NCBI GenBank assembly: GCA_021432655.1
Contig: MU271203.1
Location: 1-64,000 of the forward strand
Reading direction: 5' to 3'
Length of the DNA stretch: 64,000 nt
Source: Atractiella rhizophila
Taxonomy: Eukaryota
The notes below the pieces were generated by a model. The model searched no databases. It was not told where the DNA came from and worked only from the letters and a program-made list of their open reading frames with translations. Positions 27,301 through 39,283 of the stretch are shown here, one piece after another. Position 1 is the stretch's first letter; each line of letters opens with the position of its first letter. The position numbers were made by a program, and so were the translations under genes.

Positions 27301-29316
27301 TTCACCACTTGGAAGGATACCACGTACAGTCTTTGGATCTTGGTGTACTCGTTAGCGATTCCTCACGGGTTTGTCTTCACGCTCCACTATCATGGATGCG
27401 AAATGATAACACGCACTGACAACACATCGCAGACTCCTGAAGCCGCCTGCGTCCAGCTCTTCATGGAAGCTAAACGGCACAAACCCTCCATTATTTGCAT
27501 CCCAGCTCTCTGCACATGGGCCAGTTCAGTGACTGAAACTGTTCGTGCCACAATCAAAGGTTTGCTCGACAGCCTGGAACCTGCAGATCCCGTCCTGCTA
27601 CTGGGAATACTAGATGGGTCGTATTCCGATCTCCCATCTGATATCAAGACTTGGTTTGGCTTCGTTAGAGGCAATAGGCTTATGCTTGAGAAACCTTCCC
27701 CAGTTTGTCATTCTTAGATGCACGACTCGCTCGCTGATTTTGGTTTGACATCCAGATGCAACGAGAATCTTTCTTTGAGGGTCTCATTGCGGCTCTTCGA
27801 CGTACTCCGATCGAGTATCCGGATGCCTATCCTCGAAAGAAGCGGGTTCTGGAAGAACTACCCCTCGCTCCGCCTCCTCCTCCACGAGTCCCGTCACAGG
27901 CCGAAATCGACGCCCAACGACAAAACGATGCAAGATTGCGAGAGTACTTCAAGTGGCGCCTTGGACCCGTTTTGAACGAGTTGAAGAAACGATACAAGAA
28001 ATTCATGAAGCCTATCGCTGTACATTTTCTTCCTTTTTTCCCTCACAAATCTGACAGAAATGAAGGACGAGAACGCATTTGTGGCTACTGATGGCAGCCT
28101 CGGCCCTCCTGTGGCAACGGGAGATCAGCCGATTGAAGGCGGCGAACAAGTCCCTGTTCGACGCTTTCATAATATCGACCTGGAGCAAATGCACTACAAG
28201 CTGTACTATGATCAATACCTCACCATCGACGATTTCGTTGGAGACATCATCCGGATTCGTGAGAATGCGGAGTTGGATGGAGACAGCGAATATATCTTCA
28301 AGGCAGGTCAGATGCATAACCATGCTAATATCATGCTGGACCAGACCTTCGATCAAAACTTTCGAACAGAGTGCGGGAAAATGGCAACGAGAGAGAAGAA
28401 AAGGATGGAGGAGGCAAAAGAGAAAGAGAAGAAGGAAGGGAAACAATCTGCACGGCCAACTCCTCCCCTCAGGCCCTCGAGTAGTCGCTATGGGACGAGA
28501 GCAAATGGAGCAGCGGACCTCGTTGGCTTCGAAGATATTGCGGCTGTCGAGCGAAGGCTGAAGAGGGCACGGCAAACGGATTCTGAGAGTCCCGATGATC
28601 AACCTTCCAAAAAAGCACGGTCTGAAGACGCGTCAGGTCCTGCCGAGAGTGCGGTCGCTCTGGATCAGCAACCTGCGACGGATGCTGATGCTACTCAATT
28701 GGAAAGTGCCGTAGGGTCGATGTCTTCGACATTAAACATATCAGATGTGGAGCGGACGATGGATGTTTCGATGGAAGATGTGGCACCTCTATCCATGCTC
28801 CAAAGCCCTGCACCTAACGGCATGAGCCTTTCCAATCTTCTCAATCCTATCACCACTCCACCTCCAGGAGAGACCGAACCTCTTCGTGCAACAACACCTG
28901 TAGGCGCAACGGCTCCACCAGTCACAACACCTTCTACTCCCATACCCAAGCAGTCTGTTTCGTCGTTAATTGCCGCTGTCTCCAGCAAATCCCCTCCACC
29001 ACCACCAACAAAACCGCATACACCCTCGCCGCTTGTAAACGTAATGGTTGTCGACAATCCGTCCCCTCCACCAGTCGAACCGGAACCTGAGCCCGAACCT
29101 TTACCGGATTTTGTACTCGATGAGGAGAAACTTCTGTTGCTCAAGCGTGCGATGGTGGAAAGGACGGAAGAATTGAATGTCGATCAGCTTGAGCAATTAC
29201 GTTCAATGTGCTACAGCTGCCTGTGGCAGAGCAGATCGAAGTGGAACAGAAATGGTGTTTTGGAAGAGCTTCAGGATATTTTGGATGGATTTGTAGATGA
29301 GGTACAAAATTTGTAG
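24311..29316 (+). CDS. YTA7: AAA+ ATPase/bromodomain histone chaperone (Yta7/Abo1/ATAD2)
   Basis: GVLFHGPPGTGKT, FFMRKGADCLSKWVGEAER, IIFFDEIDGLAPVRSSKQEQIH, second AAA-like domain and bromodomain-like region; several introns. Confidence 0.95.
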
Positions 29317-29744
29317 TATCTGCTGTTAATTTCAGCTTGTCTAAAGGGTTGTAGAGTGTATTTGTGGTTTGCATAGTACTCTGCAATTTACGTTTGCTGG
29401 GCGTTCTTCGTGATGCATTTATGAATATCGCTTTCAAGCAATAGTGACAATCGCAACCAAACTGCAAAACGTGCAAACTTGAAGATGTTGCTTCAAATAT
29501 GCTTTGCATTTTATACACAATGACATCGTTCTTCATCCATCGTTCATGAACTGGTCGGGAAGCAGTCAGCCAGCGGTTTTCGTAACGAGAATATGGTATT
29601 CGACGAAGAGTCAGAAAGGAAGAAGGGAAAGACTGATGGATCAATAAGTAGAAAATAGAAGCAACAAACAAGCACATCGGCAATATTTTCACTCCAACAA
29701 TGGAGTCTCTATCCTCTCCTCTCTCCTACTCTTCCTCAGCAAGT

Positions 29745-32392
29745 TTACTTGTGCGCCTCACCCATCTTATTGAGCGCGCTTCCAGCCTTGAACCACTCGA
29801 TCTGGCCCTCGTTAAAAGTGTGAGTGAGCTCGACGTCTTCCTTCGATCCATCGGGGTGTTCAAGCCTCATCGTGACCTTGGAAGCCGGAGCAAGCTCTGT
29901 GATTCCGAGGAGAGAGACCTTGTCATCAGGTTGCACCTTGTCGTAATCTGCAGGGTTGGCAAAGTTAAGAGGAAGCATTCCTTGTTTCTTCAAGTTGGTC
30001 TCGTGGATACGAGCAAACGATCGGGTGATGACTGCAACTCCACCGAGGAAGCGAGGCTCGAGAGCGGCGTGTTCACGGGAGGATCCTTCTCCGTAATTCT
30101 ATAGGTATCCATCTCAATCAGCATCACTGAGACGACAGGTGATAGCAACGGACCTCATCACCAATGACAACCCATGGGATTCCGTGATCCCTGTAGTAAG
30201 CACCAGTCTGAGGGACTCCTCCCCACTCGCCAGTGACCTGGTTCTTCACCTCATTGGCCTTTCCGTTCGCAGCATTGATGGCACCAATCAGACAGTTCTG
30301 GGAGATGTTCTCAAGATGACCCCTGTACTTGAGCCACGGTCCACCAGCAGAGACTAATAAAGCACTCAGAAATTGTACCCAAGAGAGAGAGGATCAAGAG
30401 GATGACGTACTGTGATCGGTCGTGCACTTTCCTTTCGCCTTGATGAGGATAGGCATGTTCTCAAAGTTCTTTCCGTTCCATTTGTTGAATGGCTTCAAGA
30501 GCTGAAGACGGTCACTCGATGGGGAAACGACGACTTGGACAGAAGCCCTATCGGTAGGGGGCTCCTGGTAAGTGTTTTGTCCTGGGTCGTATCCCTTGAC
30601 TGGGAGGGGAATACCAGAGGGATCAGAGAACTTGAATTCCTTTCCATCCTTGCCCTTGAGCGAATCGGTCATCGGGTTGAAAGTGAGGCTGCCGGCGAAA
30701 GCCATGGCAGTAACAACATCGGGGGAAGCCACGAAAGCGTGAGTTCCGGGATTGGCGTCGTTCCTCCCAGTGAAGTTACGGTTATAAGAAGTGATGATGG
30801 AGTTGATTTCTCCCTTCTTGATATCCTTCCTGTCCCATTGTCCAATGCACGGTCCGCAAGCGTTGGCGAGCACAACTCCTCCAGCTTCCTCGAGGGTGTT
30901 CATCTGTCCATCCCTCTCAATCGTTGCTCGAATTTGCTCGGAACCGGGGGTGATAGTGAACTTGGACTTGACAGTGAGACCGTGATCGATAGCCTGCTGA
31001 GCAATGGAAGCAGAACGAGACATGTCCTCATACGACGAATTAGTGCAGGAACCGATAAGGGCGACTCGGAGGTCGGCGGGCCAGTTGTTCTCCTTGACGG
31101 CTTGAGCGAATTTGGAAAGAGGAGTAGCGAGATCGGGAGTGTATGGACCGTTGATGTGAGGCTCGAGTTCAGAAAGGTTGATCTCGATGACCTGATCGTA
31201 TTCTGCTCCCTCGTCCTCCCGGAGGTTGTGTGCGAACCTGGCGGCATAGTCGCCGAGCTCCTTTCTCTTCGTGGCGGTGAGGTACTCCTTCATTCTAGCG
31301 TTGAAAGGGAAAAGCGAGGTTGTAGCTCCAATCTCGGCACCCATGTTACAGATGGTTCCCATTCCGGTGGCAGAGAGAGACTCCACTCCAGGACCGAAGT
31401 ATTCGACAATGGCGCCGGTTCCACCCTTGACGGTGAGGATTCCAGCGACCTTGAGGATAATGTCTATACCATACAGCTTCACCACTAGCTCGTGTTGCAG
31501 AAGAGGAGAGACGAACCCTTAGGTGCGGTCCATCCAGAGAGCTTGCCAGTCAATTTGACACCAATGACCTTAGGGCACTTGAGTTCCCAGGGCAAGTCGG
31601 CCATCACGTCCACAGCATCGGCTCCACCAACACCGACGGCAATCATGCCCAATCCACCAGCGTTCGGGGTGTGAGAGTCGGTACCAATCATGAGACCTCC
31701 GGGGAAAGCATAGTTCTCAAGAATGATCTGGTGAATGATACCGGATCCAGGTTTCCAGAAACCGATACCGTACTTCGCAGTGCAAGTGGCGAGGAAGTCG
31801 TATACCTCCTTATTCTGCTTGATTGCCCGCTCCAAATCGGGAACGCCAGAAACCTGAGCTTCGATAAGATGGTCACAGTGGACGGTCGTGGGAACGGCAG
31901 CGGTGGGAAGCCCGGCTGTCATGAATTGAAGAAGAGCCATCTGAGCGGTGGCATCTTGACATGCTACACGCTATTCGGCGACGCGTCGGTCAATGCAAGT
32001 TGGAGAGAAGGTAGAAGACGCACGTCTGGACGAAGTTTAAGGTACGAAGCACCACGACGGATGTCAGCGTCCTCGGGATTGTCCAAATGACCATAAAGAA
32101 TCTTTTCTGAAAGCGTCAGCGGACGGTTAAGCCTACACGACACCAAAACAACAACAAGTCAAGTTCAACGTCATAGCCCGCTTTCCAAGAAAAGCACGAC
32201 GTACCTCTTCCTGACAACGACGAGATTGTCCTCAATTCTCTGATAGTTAATATACCTATCAGTTTCGAAATTTGACATTCTGACTTTCGTGTCTCCAATT
32301 CTATCCACAGGAGTTGCCAGACCCCTTGTAGCGTTCCGGGTGATGATAGACCTGGGCAACGAAGCCCCTGGCCTAAGTCTTGCTGCGAACAT
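29745..32392 (-). CDS. ACO1: Mitochondrial aconitate hydratase
   Basis: Arg-rich presequence; [47 protein letters not shown], ends WFKAGSALN. Confidence 0.97.
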
Positions 32393-33415
32393 AATTATGG
32401 GAAGTACAGAATGCTAAGGGGAGAAGGAGGCTCAAGCTACGAAAGCTTTTCGAGTGTTGGTCGTGGTGGTTTGTGGAAAAATTTGTGACGACGAGGCAGG
32501 TGTGATAAAGCCGGGAAATACTCGTAGCCGGAGTTGTACGAAGCTGTAAAGCCCGATCGACCAATCACAAGGTGCAAAATTCAGAACGACCACTTTTTGG
32601 AGGTCTCCTCTTATTCTCTCATGCTGCTGGGGAGATCAGAGTGACCCTTTTATGGGGTCGTGGAGTGCACCGGAAGGAATGTCTGCAGGTCGATGTGGCT
32701 CTTTCCGGTCTGTCACGAAGGAAATTCGAAAATTGTGTCTGCAGGCCCAGATCTTGGTCTGGAGACGCTCCCAAACTTTATTCGTGGTCTGGAGACGTTC
32801 TTGGTCTATAGTACGGATGAGAACGATTGCTCTTAGGGCAATGAAACCAGCATGGAAGCTGCGTTGCTTCCTTAACTACTCTCCGACGTATTCTAAGGGC
32901 AGGTGCGCTGCTCAGGTACTTTTGTGCATGACGTCGCCAATTGTGCTGGTTCTGATTGGGTGATAACTGCGTATGAATGTAACTTTGGCTGTATCTAAAG
33001 TGGTTCTATTCTCGTTGTCTTAATTCATCTTATTCTCTTCCCTGATGCTAATTCGATAAAGATAATGGCTGGTGTGAAACCAAGTGCGAGCTGTCAGTAA
33101 ACATAGACTCGCATTGATGTTTGATTTTCCTTTAGGATTACATCTTTAGGCAAGTTGTGAGCTTGATGACTGTCCTCGGCACAGGGGATCGTTGCGTGAA
33201 CGGAGTCTCGCGAGTCCTTCTCCCATGTTACATTCTTGTGCGTATGACTCTGCCAGCAGCTTTGGATTGAGGATGAGTTGCAGTCCAGTCGAAGGTGTTG
33301 GCAAATGCGCTATCATGAACAGAGGATTGTGGTTATCCATCATCTAATTCTTTCGTGCGCTCTCGCTATATCTAACGATGAACGCCTAGCTTCTTATTTC
33401 ACAGCGGAGGAGCGC

Positions 33416-33709
33416 TTAACAGCATCCCCAACAACCGCAACCTGTTCACAAAGGTATCAGACTCCATTCTAGACTCGAAGCCATGTATCAAACCAACGCA
33501 CACGTCCCGTCACCGCAACAGCTGACAAACACGGTTCAGCGTTCGAAAAAAATGTAGGAAGAGCACCGTTACTCGATAGGGATGACATCACATATTTCAG
33601 TGGCTCTCTCTTCCAAAGCATTCACCGCATCAAATGCAGGGCTAGGGGCTGCTTTCGCAAAAGCGAGCAGGAGCGTGACGGCAAGGAAAGCGACGTTAGA
33701 TCTCTGCAT
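33416..33709 (-). CDS. 8-Cys secreted micro-peptide precursor A (60 aa)
   Basis: Exons 33709-33573, 33521-33502, 33441-33416 (GT-AG introns 51 and 60 nt): MQRSNVAFLAVTLLLAFAKAAPSPAFDAVNALEER-ATEICDVIPIDCCGDGTCCGCWGCC*. Confidence 0.9.
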
Positions 33710-34294
33710 TCTGCGAGGAACGAGGTAGAATAATCTCTCATTTTTCATCTCTTCTTATCGCAGGCTTTTATAGCCTATAGGCTCTCACGCTTGACCTTAC
33801 CCCTCAGCAACCCTTATTTAGATGCAAGAGCTCCATGTTGAATGAGGAGAAATCATTGTCCTGACGTCGTTTCTCTGTTCTGTACGTCGACAGAAAGCTC
33901 GTGTCACTCTACATCCGTGTCATGCTTTTGGTAGATGAAGACACGATGCTCCCCGCTTCGCATCGTTGCAGAGTATGACGTGTTCCACATGGCTCAACTC
34001 AAGTGGAATCGAGGAGATGAACATCTGGTTTCCAATCAATTCCAAGTCCCTTCTATTATGCTTCTCTTTGACACGAGAGGAAACCCATCTTGGATTTTCG
34101 ATGTTTAGCTTCCTGAGACAGGCTGTTAAGATAGATTTGTTGCATCATTGCACGATGTAAAGGTGTTACAAGAAACTCCCTTGCAGTTGACAAGGGTCGA
34201 GGACGTCGAATTCCATCACCTGTTCCACTGCTCCGTTATTATCGCGCTGTCACAGATCTTGTCTCACCTTTTGAACGTCAAAGTGCACGACCAC

Positions 34295-34578
34295 TTAACA
34301 GCATCCCCAACACCCACAGCCTGTCATGCCAACCATGTTCAACAATTTCACTTCGGACGTTCTAAATTTTGCTTACAAGTTCCGTCTCCACAACAGCTAG
34401 AACCGCATGAATGTTGGATCGAACTTGGAGTAAAAGAGAGGACATACTCAGGTACAATGTCACAAATGGCCGTTCGCTCTTCGAGAGCTTTTACTGCTCC
34501 AAATTCAGAGTTTGGAGCGGCTTGTGTGAAGGCTGCGAGCAAGGCCACGGTGAAAAAAGCGATGGTAGCTCTGTACAT
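34295..34578 (-). CDS. 8-Cys secreted micro-peptide precursor B (58 aa)
   Basis: Two GT-AG introns at the same positions as in A: MYRATIAFFTVALLAAFTQAAPNSEFGAVKALEER-TAICDIVPDCCGDGTCCGCWGCC*. Confidence 0.9.
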
Positions 34579-35387
34579 TTTGGCAGTGAATGGTGGGGCT
34601 CGTCCCTTCATCTTTCTTCCCTTTTATATTTGTTGAAGCCAAGAAGTGCTTGCTATCTTCGCCTCCTCGGATACGAGTCCATATTTAGACCACACGAAGG
34701 AAATTCGAAAATTGTGTCTGCAGGCCCAGATCTTGGTCTGGAGACGCTCCCAAACTTTATTCGTGGTCTGGAGACGTTCTTGGTCTACATTACGGATGAG
34801 CATGATAGCTCTTCGGGCAATGACACCAGCATGGCAGCTGCGTTGCTTCCTTAACTACTCTCCGACGTATTCTAAGCGCAGGGTGCACTGCTTCAAGTAC
34901 TTTTTGTGCATGACGTCGCCAATTGTGCTGGTTCTGATTGGGTGATAACTGCGTATGGAAAGTAACTTTGGTTGTAACTAAAGTGGTTCTATTCTCATCT
35001 TTTCTCCTCCCTGATGTTGATTCGATAAAGATAAAGGCTGGTTTGAAACAACGTGCTAGCTATCAAGGGACAGACCCAGTAGACAGATTCTCCCTTTAAT
35101 GATCGAGCTTCCTTAAGAGCAAATTTTGTAAGCTTGATGACTGTCCTCTGCAAAGGGGATCTTTGCGTGAACTGAGCCCGCGAGTCCTTCTATCCATCTT
35201 ACATTCTTGTGCATATGACTCTGTTAGCAACGCTGGATTGAGGATAAATTGCAGTCCAGTCCGAAGGTGTTGACAAATGGGCTATCACGCATCGAGGATT
35301 GTGGTTCTCCATCACCTAATTTCTTATGCGCTGTCGCTTATATCTAACGATGAACGCCTAGCTTCTTATTTCACAGCGGAGGAGCGC

Positions 35388-35680
35388 TTAACAGCATCCC
35401 CAACAACCGCAACCTGTTCACAAAGGTATCAGACTCCATTCTGGACTCGAAGCCATGTATCAAACCACGCACACGTCCCGTCACCGCAACAGCTGACAAA
35501 CACGGTTCAGCGTTCGAAAAAAATGTAGGAAGAGCACCCTTACTCGATAGGGATGACATCACATATTTCAGTGGCTCTCTCTTCCAAAGCGTTCACCGCA
35601 CCAAATGCAGGGCTAGGGGCTGCTTTCGCAAAAGCGAGCAGGAGCGTGACGGCAAGGAAAGCGACGTTAGATCTCTGCAT
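35388..35680 (-). CDS. Precursor A' (duplicate or allele of A; pro-region D>G)
   Basis: Same exon structure and mature peptide as A; lies in the second copy of the 1.97 kb repeat. Confidence 0.85.
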
Positions 35681-36265
35681 TCTGCGAGGAACGAGGTAGA
35701 ATAATCTCTCATTTTTCATCTCTTCTTATCGCAGGCTTTTATAGCCTATAGGCTCTCACGCTTGACCTTACCCCTCAGCAACCCTTATTTAGATGCAAGA
35801 GCTCCATGTTGAATGAGGAGAAATCATTGTCCTGACGTCGTTTCTCTGTTCTGTACGTCGACAGAAAGCTCGTGTCACTCTACATCCGTGTCATGCTTTT
35901 GGTAGATGAAGACACGATGCTCCCCGCTTCGCATCGTTGCAGAGTATGACGTGTTCCACATGGCTCAACTCAAGTGGAATCGAGGAGATGAACATCTGGT
36001 TTCCAATCAATTCCAAGTCCCTTCTATTATGCTTCTCTTTGACACGAGAGGAAACCCATCTTGGATTTTCGATGTTTAGCTTCCTGAGACAGGCTGTTAA
36101 GATAGATTTGTTGCATCATTGCACGATGTAAAGGTGTTACAAGAAACTCCCTTGCAGTTGACAAGGGTCGAGGACGTCGAATTCCATCACCTGTTCCACT
36201 GCTCCGTTATTATCGCGCTGTCACAGATCTTGTCTCACCTTTTGAACGTCAAAGTGCACGACCAC

Positions 36266-36549
36266 TTAACAGCATCCCCAACACCCACAGCCTGTCATGC
36301 CAACCATGTTCAACAATTTCACTTCGGACGTTCTAAATTTTGCTTACAAGTTCCGTCTCCACAACAGCTAGAACCGCATGAATGTTGGATCGAACTTGGA
36401 GTAAAAGAGAGGACATACTCAGGTACAATGTCACAAATGGCCGTTCGCTCTTCGAGAGCTTTTACTGCTCCAAATTCAGAGTTTGGAGCGGCTTGTGTGA
36501 TGGCTGCGAGCAAGGCCACGGTGAAAAAAGCGATGGTAGCTCTGTACAT
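36266..36549 (-). CDS. Precursor B' (duplicate or allele of B; signal F>I)
   Basis: Same exon structure and mature peptide as B. Confidence 0.85.
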
Positions 36550-36978
36550 TTTGGCAGTGAATGGCGGGGCTCGTCCCTTCATCTTTCTTCTCTTTTATAT
36601 TTGTTGAAGCCAAGAAGTGCTTGCTATCTTTGCCTCCTCGGATACGAGTCCATATTTAGACCTAGCACCTTGTTGGACAGGAATATTTGGATTGGAGACA
36701 GCTGTTTTTTTCCGTTTACCTCCCAATTCTTGCATGTGTGGCTGCGATGAAATGTCAACTCCTCTCCGCACTTCTATGTGAAGGATACCAATGGAGCTTT
36801 CTACAAATATCTCACCTCGAAGAATTTGAATCTCCATTCACCGCTATTGAAAGCGGGAGTGAGTTGACAGTAAATGTCATTGAAGTAGGTCCCACACGTC
36901 ACTGCTGAGATAGAAGATCCCATTCAGCGGAATCCAGTTGTTTACTGCCAGCGTTCCTCTGTTTGAATGATTAACAGC

Positions 36979-37243
36979 ATGCAAAAACGTTCCCTTGTTG
37001 CTATTGCTCTGGTAACCTTGGTCGCCTTCGTGAAAGCAGCTCCAGCTGAAGATGCTTTGGAAGCCAGGGCTTGCAGGCTTGTTCCCCCGTACGTCGTTAT
37101 CCTTAACGAGCAAGGGAGATTGTTCATTGCTTGGCGTAGGTGCTGTGGTGACGGGACCTGCTGTGGATGCTGGTCAGTTGCCTTTAAGCTTAATCATCCG
37201 AACCCGTCTGAACTCGATGTCTGGCAGGGGCTACTGTTGTTGA
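36979..37243 (+). CDS. 8-Cys secreted micro-peptide precursor C (52 aa)
   Basis: Two GT-AG introns: MQKRSLVAIALVTLVAFVKAAPAEDALEAR-ACRLVPPCCGDGTCCGCWGYCC*. Confidence 0.9.
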
Positions 37244-37293
37244 TTGTGCCTATGGCGGCAATATCATTCTATAGTCTGTGGGTTGAGGTATCC

Positions 37294-37461
37294 TTACATG
37301 CATGTCGTTGACAAAATGCCCTTCTCGATAAGGATGACGTCGCATATTTCAGTGGCTCTTTCTTCCAAAGCTTTCGCCACACCAAATTCAGGGCTGGGGG
37401 CAGCTTTAGCAAACGTAGCCAGTAAGGCGACGGCGAAGAAAGTGATCGTAGATCTGTACAT
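37294..37461 (-). pseudogene. Truncated A-type precursor D
   Basis: MYRSTITFFAVALLATFAKAAPSPEFGVAKALEERATEICDVILIE, then the donor gtaaggg (as in A') reads gaaggg; exons 2-3 not found; reads through to a stop at 55 aa. Confidence 0.75.
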
Positions 37462-37974
37462 TTTGTATACTAGAGTACTTGATATGTCCCTTTTCCAACC
37501 CTTTTATGGATGGGCTTTATAGGCAGTGAGCTCTTATTAGAACGCCGTGTTTAGACACAGGACTCTTCCATCGTATGAGGAGCATCTCTTCGACGCCTAC
37601 CTCCTCGGCTGAAGGTTCGTATCTTATCTCGCTCTGTGCCATGCGTTCTGGCGTCTCCGCACTCCAGATGATGAAATGTGCCACACGGTCGATCCAGGTA
37701 TAATATACCTCGCTTGTAGTTCCCATGTATCTTGCTTGTTTCAGTGCGAGCGGAAACTTGGCTTGGGTGTCGAGTCTCTGCGATGTTGAGTCACAGCTAA
37801 TGTTGTTTGTGTCATTGCACATTGCACGACCGTAAAGGTGTCACAAGAACCCATTGCAGTTGACAGAGTTGAGGATATCGAATTCCATCACTATTGCGAC
37901 GTTCCGTCATGATCATTCCCGCACAGGGCAGCAGTTGTCCTACCTTAGCGTCGAGGCACGATGCACATGAATCT

Positions 37975-38254
37975 TTAGCAACATCCCCAGCATCCACAGC
38001 CTTCCGGGCAAATAATCTTCAAAACTTTTATCGGTGCTCTCTAAGATTACTTACATGTTCCGTCTCCACAGCAGCTAGAAGAGCATGAATGACGGGACAG
38101 GAGGAGGGGAGTGCACATACTCTCCAGGAAAAATATCACAAATTACTTTACGCTCCTCAAAAGCTTTCACCGCTCCAAGTTCAGAACTTGGAGCAGCTTG
38201 CGTGAAGACTGCAAGCAAAGTTACAGTGAAGAAGGCGATGGTGGTTTTGTACAT
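37975..38254 (-). CDS. 8-Cys secreted micro-peptide precursor E (59 aa)
   Basis: B-type intron positions: MYKTTIAFFTVTLLAVFTQAAPSSELGAVKAFEER-KVICDIFPGDCCGDGTCCGCWGCC*. Confidence 0.9.
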
Positions 38255-38722
38255 GTTGGCAGAATGGCAATGCTAGTCCTTGCTTTCTTGCCTTTTATAC
38301 TTCTCAGGGCCCCTCAAATGATTATGAGTCCATATTTAGACCAAAACCTCTTTGGACAGGAAAATGGGAGATAACTGTGTTTTTCTGTTTACCTCTCCTT
38401 TCGTGCACGGCTTCATACTGTGCAAACTACTATCTCCCATAAACGTCAACTTCCGCACTTCTGCCTGTAAGAATACCAAGGGGGCGTTCTACTGGCAGTG
38501 CTAGTGGCCCGCTTCAGCCTTTGACCTTCTAATCACTATATTCAGCAGCGGTATTTCAGAGGCGGGAGTGAGTTGACAACAAACGTCAGGTGTTGGATAG
38601 ATTGAAGTGGGTCCCGTCAGTTCACTGCTGGATAAGAAGGGTCGAGAAGAGTCAAAATCCCATTCCATTCGCGAGTTCGGCTGAATCGAGTGCTTCCGTT
38701 TCGAGTTCCAAGATTGACCAAC

Positions 38723-38997
38723 ATGCAAAAACTTTCTCTTGTTGCTATTGCTCTGGTGACCTTGGCTGCCTTTGTGAAAGCAGCTCCAGCTGAAGACGCT
38801 CTGGACGCAAGGGCTTGCGCGCTTGTTCCCCCGTACGTCGTTATCTTTCACTAAGCAAGGACTATTGTTCACTTGTTAGTGACATAGGTGCTGCGGTGAC
38901 GGAACTTGTTGTGGATGTTGGTCAGTGCCGCTTAATCCCTATCCCTCCACCCAAAACCCAGTCTGAATTCAACATTGGCAGGGGATACTGTTGTTGA
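38723..38997 (+). CDS. 8-Cys secreted micro-peptide precursor F (52 aa)
   Basis: C-type intron positions: MQKLSLVAIALVTLAAFVKAAPAEDALDAR-ACALVPPCCGDGTCCGCWGYCC*. Confidence 0.9.
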
Positions 38998-39283
38998 TTG
39001 CGCCGATGATGACAAGTTGCGATTTAACTCGTTCTACGATTGTGGTAGGCTTTTTCGCATCTTGAAGCGCCAGTGTTGACAAAATGTGCAGGGATATGCT
39101 GGACAAATTGCGCTGGACTTGATCAAAGAGTTTACAGCACCATGTCCTTATACACTTATTGTGATGCAAAGACAGCCCAAGATGTATCCGTTCTCGACTA
39201 ACCGTTGCAGAGGTTGAAAACTGAGCTGATATTCCTTCATTTTACCCTACAATATTTCTCAAAGTGACAGCTCAATATACAGA

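Larger units (their letters stand above)
32714..36662. repeat. Tandem direct duplication, unit ~1.97 kb (32714-34691 / 34693-36662), carrying two peptide genes
   Basis: The first ~0.7 kb of the copies differ by SNPs and indels, the remainder is nearly identical; a single A at 34692 separates them. Confidence 0.95.

Noticed and set aside
30412..31488. 358-aa plus-strand ORF
   Set aside because: Antisense shadow of the codon-biased aconitase exon; no independent gene signals.
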